Source of the DNA: Phoronis australis
Lineage: Eukaryota > Animalia > Phoronida
DNA: 64,000 bases
Direction of reading: 5' to 3'
NCBI GenBank assembly: GCA_002633005.1
Contig: NMRA01000020.1
Span: 149,621-213,620, forward strand
Part shown: positions 63,400 through 64,000 of the stretch, piece by piece
Layout: each line of letters opens with the position of its first letter
Numbering within the stretch: position 1 is the first letter of the stretch
Program-made: the position numbers and the translations under genes
Notes under the pieces: model-generated
What the model was told of the DNA's origin: nothing
Database searches by the model: none
The model's input: only the letters and a program-made list of their open reading frames with translations

Positions 63400-64000
63400 G
63401 CAGAATGAGTCGTGGGCGGACACAGAAAATTAACTAAAAGATTTGATGACAGCGCATAAGTTGATCGAAAACACCAAAAACTTCAGTCTTGAGCAAGTTC
63501 ACCGGATTAAACCAAAGCGGGTTGGTAAATTACGAGTTATACTTGCGAAATTTATTCACTTTAAAGACAGAGATGTTGTGTGTAAAAATCGATTTAATAC
63601 GGATGCCCGAAAAATGAACTATAGATTAATGAAGACATGGTTTTCTTGTTTTGGATGGACGACATATTGGGTTTGGCTTAACCTATTTGTTTATTTACAT
63701 ATATTAAGGAAATATCGCAATTTTTCTAGAGTAAAATGTCTTATATAAATGCTGTCTCACTTAACTGTAGAGGTCTGGCAGACAAAATGAAGAGAAAAGA
63801 TTATTTTAGGCGGTTTAGAAAAGACAATTTTCATATCAGCGTAAACTACTAGAGGAGTTGCTACATTGTTTAATAATAATTTTGAGTATGTTGTTCTTCG
63901 TCAGGTTATTGACCCAGCGGGTAATGATCTAGGTTTAGACATTACTATCAATAATGATATTAAATCTACGCTGGTTAACATATACGGTCCAAACCAAGAC
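63400..64000 (+). mobile_element. L1/Tx1-type LINE remnant: ORF1 C-terminus and APE endonuclease start
   Basis: EQVHRI...RVILAKFIHFKDRD (ORF1); SLNCRGLADKMKR...TLVNIYGPNQD (APE). Confidence 0.85.

Overview
AT-rich, intron-rich animal (invertebrate-type) genomic DNA with no prokaryotic features. I reconstructed three minus-strand genes by hand from GT/AG boundaries and exon phase. (1) A 26-coding-exon, ~1080-aa protein with two calponin-homology-like domains, a coiled-coil/linker and C-terminal ankyrin repeats (31531->7148). Two of its exons are duplicated across a single N, probably an assembly artefact. (2) A 6-exon, ~358-aa C6orf89/BRAP-like type II membrane protein (50930->42944). (3) A small secreted precursor with two RFG motifs (54533->53222). 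The rest is a mosaic of decayed mobile elements: Penelope-like, L1/Tx1, CR1/L2-like and RNase H LINEs; a TTAA-flanked Sola3-like element splitting a LINE; a Kolobok-like THAP element; a Myb/SANT pseudogene; tRNA-derived SINEs; and many MITEs. The most unusual signal is a recurring pattern in which intronic tandem repeats are decayed copies of the adjacent exon end and splice site (at least four junctions in two genes). A same-orientation array of CTCF-like motifs is also carried inside a transposon. All family assignments come from motif recognition; no database searches were run.
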